From Candidatus Izemoplasmatales bacterium (GTDB taxonomy: Bacteria > Bacillota_I > Bacilli_A > Izemoplasmatales > Hujiaoplasmataceae), in contig JAQUZN010000001.1 in NCBI GenBank assembly GCA_028691315.1, positions 121,238 to 145,237 on the forward strand: 24,000 bases of DNA, written 5' to 3'. The notes beneath the pieces are model-generated. The model was not told the DNA's origin and did no database searches. It was given only the letters and a program-made list of their open reading frames with translations. The translations under genes and the position numbers were made by a program. Positions 22,766-24,000 of this stretch are shown here, one piece after another. The first letter of the stretch is position 1, and every line of letters begins with the position of its first letter.

Positions 22766-24000
22766 ATGACGTTACCAAGTTGGATGTACATTATGGAAGC
22801 AAATATGAACATAATGAAGAGTGGAATGCAGCTCAAAGCAACGGAGACTTATGGAAAGATGCCTATGAGCGTAAGAAGAATCCGTAAGCCAAGTATTAAC
22901 AGATTCATGAATTCTGTAAAGGATGATAAGAAACAAGAAGAGAAAACGGAAGAGAAGATCGTCGAAGAAACAATCAACAACTGTAATGAAGAACCTGATA
23001 TCAACAAGGATTCCGATACCATCAAAAAAGAAGCTCAGGATATAATGGAATCTGTTAAAGAAGCTTATGATGATATGGTAAAAGATGCTAAGGAAGAAGA
23101 AGTGAAAGAAGACATCAAAAAGAATGTAGAAGATGTTATCACAGAATCAGTGACAAAAGCAGCAGAAGAGAATCAGAAACCCGACGATGAGTTAGAAAGG
23201 GTTGAAGGTGAAATTGTTGAGGTTCCACAGAAACCAATGCAGAAAATGGAAGTTGATGTAAAGGTTAAAGGGAATAAGGTTGATATCAATGCAGATGTAT
23301 ATATGACAAAAAAGCAGTTTGAAAACATCGGTGATGTTAAGAAGCTGTGTAATGATATTTATACATCGATTGTGAATGGAATGGAAACATGGATTCCATA
23401 TGTGATCTTCCCGTATAACGAAAACATGTATAACGACAAGCAGAAGGAAGAGATGAGTGTTAAATTCGATGAAACTATCTTTAATAGTTTGAAGAGTGTC
23501 GTTGAACCTCTCAAAGAAAAAGGACTCAATCTCGAAAACATCGATGATATCCAAAAGATTGTTGGTGAGGATACTATGGTAAGTATTGTACAAGCAGCAA
23601 TACATGCAAATCCGAGTAAAGTTCCAAACTCAACACCTAAAGCCACTCCAGTACAACCAGGACCAAAACCATTGGATTTGTCAAAGAATGTGAAGAAAGA
23701 GAATCCGAAGAAAGAATCTAAAATCAGACTCATTCGGTATGAAGGTGATGTAGAGAATGAAGATGTTCTTCCAACACCTACTCCAATCGATCAATTAGAT
23801 CCAGTAGAAACAACCAATGAAACAAGAGTGAATGATGAATCTCCAAAAGTAACACCGATCAATCAATTAGACCCAACTCCTGCACCTTCGAAAGAAACCA
23901 TTAACAATAATAAGCAGAAGAGATCTAAGAGATATACGAAAGGCGGAAATAAAACAAAGGCAATCGATGGATCAGAAGTGGATCCATATGCTAAGAAAAA
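22766..24000 (+). CDS. hypothetical Lys/Glu-rich protein, partial (runs off the window end)
   Basis: Absent from the track. AGGAGG lies 8 nt before the ATG at 22766. Hand translation (MTLPSWMYIMEANMNIMKSGMQLKATETYGK...) stays open for 411 codons to position 24000. Two track ORFs on the minus strand lie antisense to it. Confidence 0.7.
   Translation, partial: MTLPSWMYIMEANMNIMKSGMQLKATETYGKMPMSVRRIRKPSINRFMNSVKDDKKQEEKTEEKIVEETINNCNEEPDINKDSDTIKKEAQDIMESVKEAYDDMVKDAKEEEVKEDIKKNVEDVITESVTKAAEENQKPDDELERVEGEIVEVPQKPMQKMEVDVKVKGNKVDINADVYMTKKQFENIGDVKKLCNDIYTSIVNGMETWIPYVIFPYNENMYNDKQKEEMSVKFDETIFNSLKSVVEPLKEKGLNLENIDDIQKIVGEDTMVSIVQAAIHANPSKVPNSTPKATPVQPGPKPLDLSKNVKKENPKKESKIRLIRYEGDVENEDVLPTPTPIDQLDPVETTNETRVNDESPKVTPINQLDPTPAPSKETINNNKQKRSKRYTKGGNKTKAIDGSEVDPYAKK

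Noticed and set aside
23192-23733. Minus-strand track ORFs 23192-23605 and 23359-23733
   Set aside because: Both are antisense to the 411-codon plus-strand ORF, which has a strong AGGAGG start at 22766. Their composition (Phe/Ile/Leu or Ser/Phe-rich) is the mirror of a Lys/Glu-rich sense frame.
1-24000. CRISPR arrays, tRNA/rRNA genes, transposase/IS elements, integrase or att-like long repeats
   Set aside because: Reading by eye, I saw no regularly spaced direct repeats, no cloverleaf-like segments in the intergenic gaps (all gaps are explained by terminators, promoters or the intron) and no recombinase-like ORFs. Without software I cannot exclude short or degenerate elements.

Overview
AT-rich, densely coded window with short intergenic gaps, strong Shine-Dalgarno sites and hairpin plus T-tract terminators. 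It reads as part of a large (jumbo-type) phage of a low-GC, spore-forming Firmicute. Left to right: (i) a minus-strand tail-fibre block (1-8143) holding at least three fibre-like genes, one with a C-terminal S74-type self-cleaving chaperone domain; (ii) a lone plus-strand gene for a Spo0A-like protein with a degenerate receiver domain (8284-9168); (iii) a degenerate Nudix-like gene and a 479-aa unknown; (iv) a five-gene minus-strand operon (15618 to 11452) in which three genes carry five copies of an unrecognised ~150-aa domain, followed by overlapping rtcB and prfH (RNA ligase plus release-factor-H, the ribosome rescue/repair pair); (v) a zinc-finger putative PD-(D/E)xK nuclease; (vi) a plus-strand block with a gp25-like baseplate protein and a 725-aa acidic protein that may extend by a -1 frameshift; (vii) a multisubunit-RNAP beta-prime N-terminal fragment (DYDGD catalytic loop) interrupted by an ORF-less 376-nt group I intron whose P/Q/R/S core, P1 and omega-G are all readable; (viii) a partial Lys/Glu-rich ORF running off the right edge. 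Two short motifs recur upstream of genes: AACA-N6-TA and TATATTATA. They resemble, as I recall them, the AR9 late and phiKZ early promoters. All calls come from reading the sequence and remembered family signatures; no searches were run.
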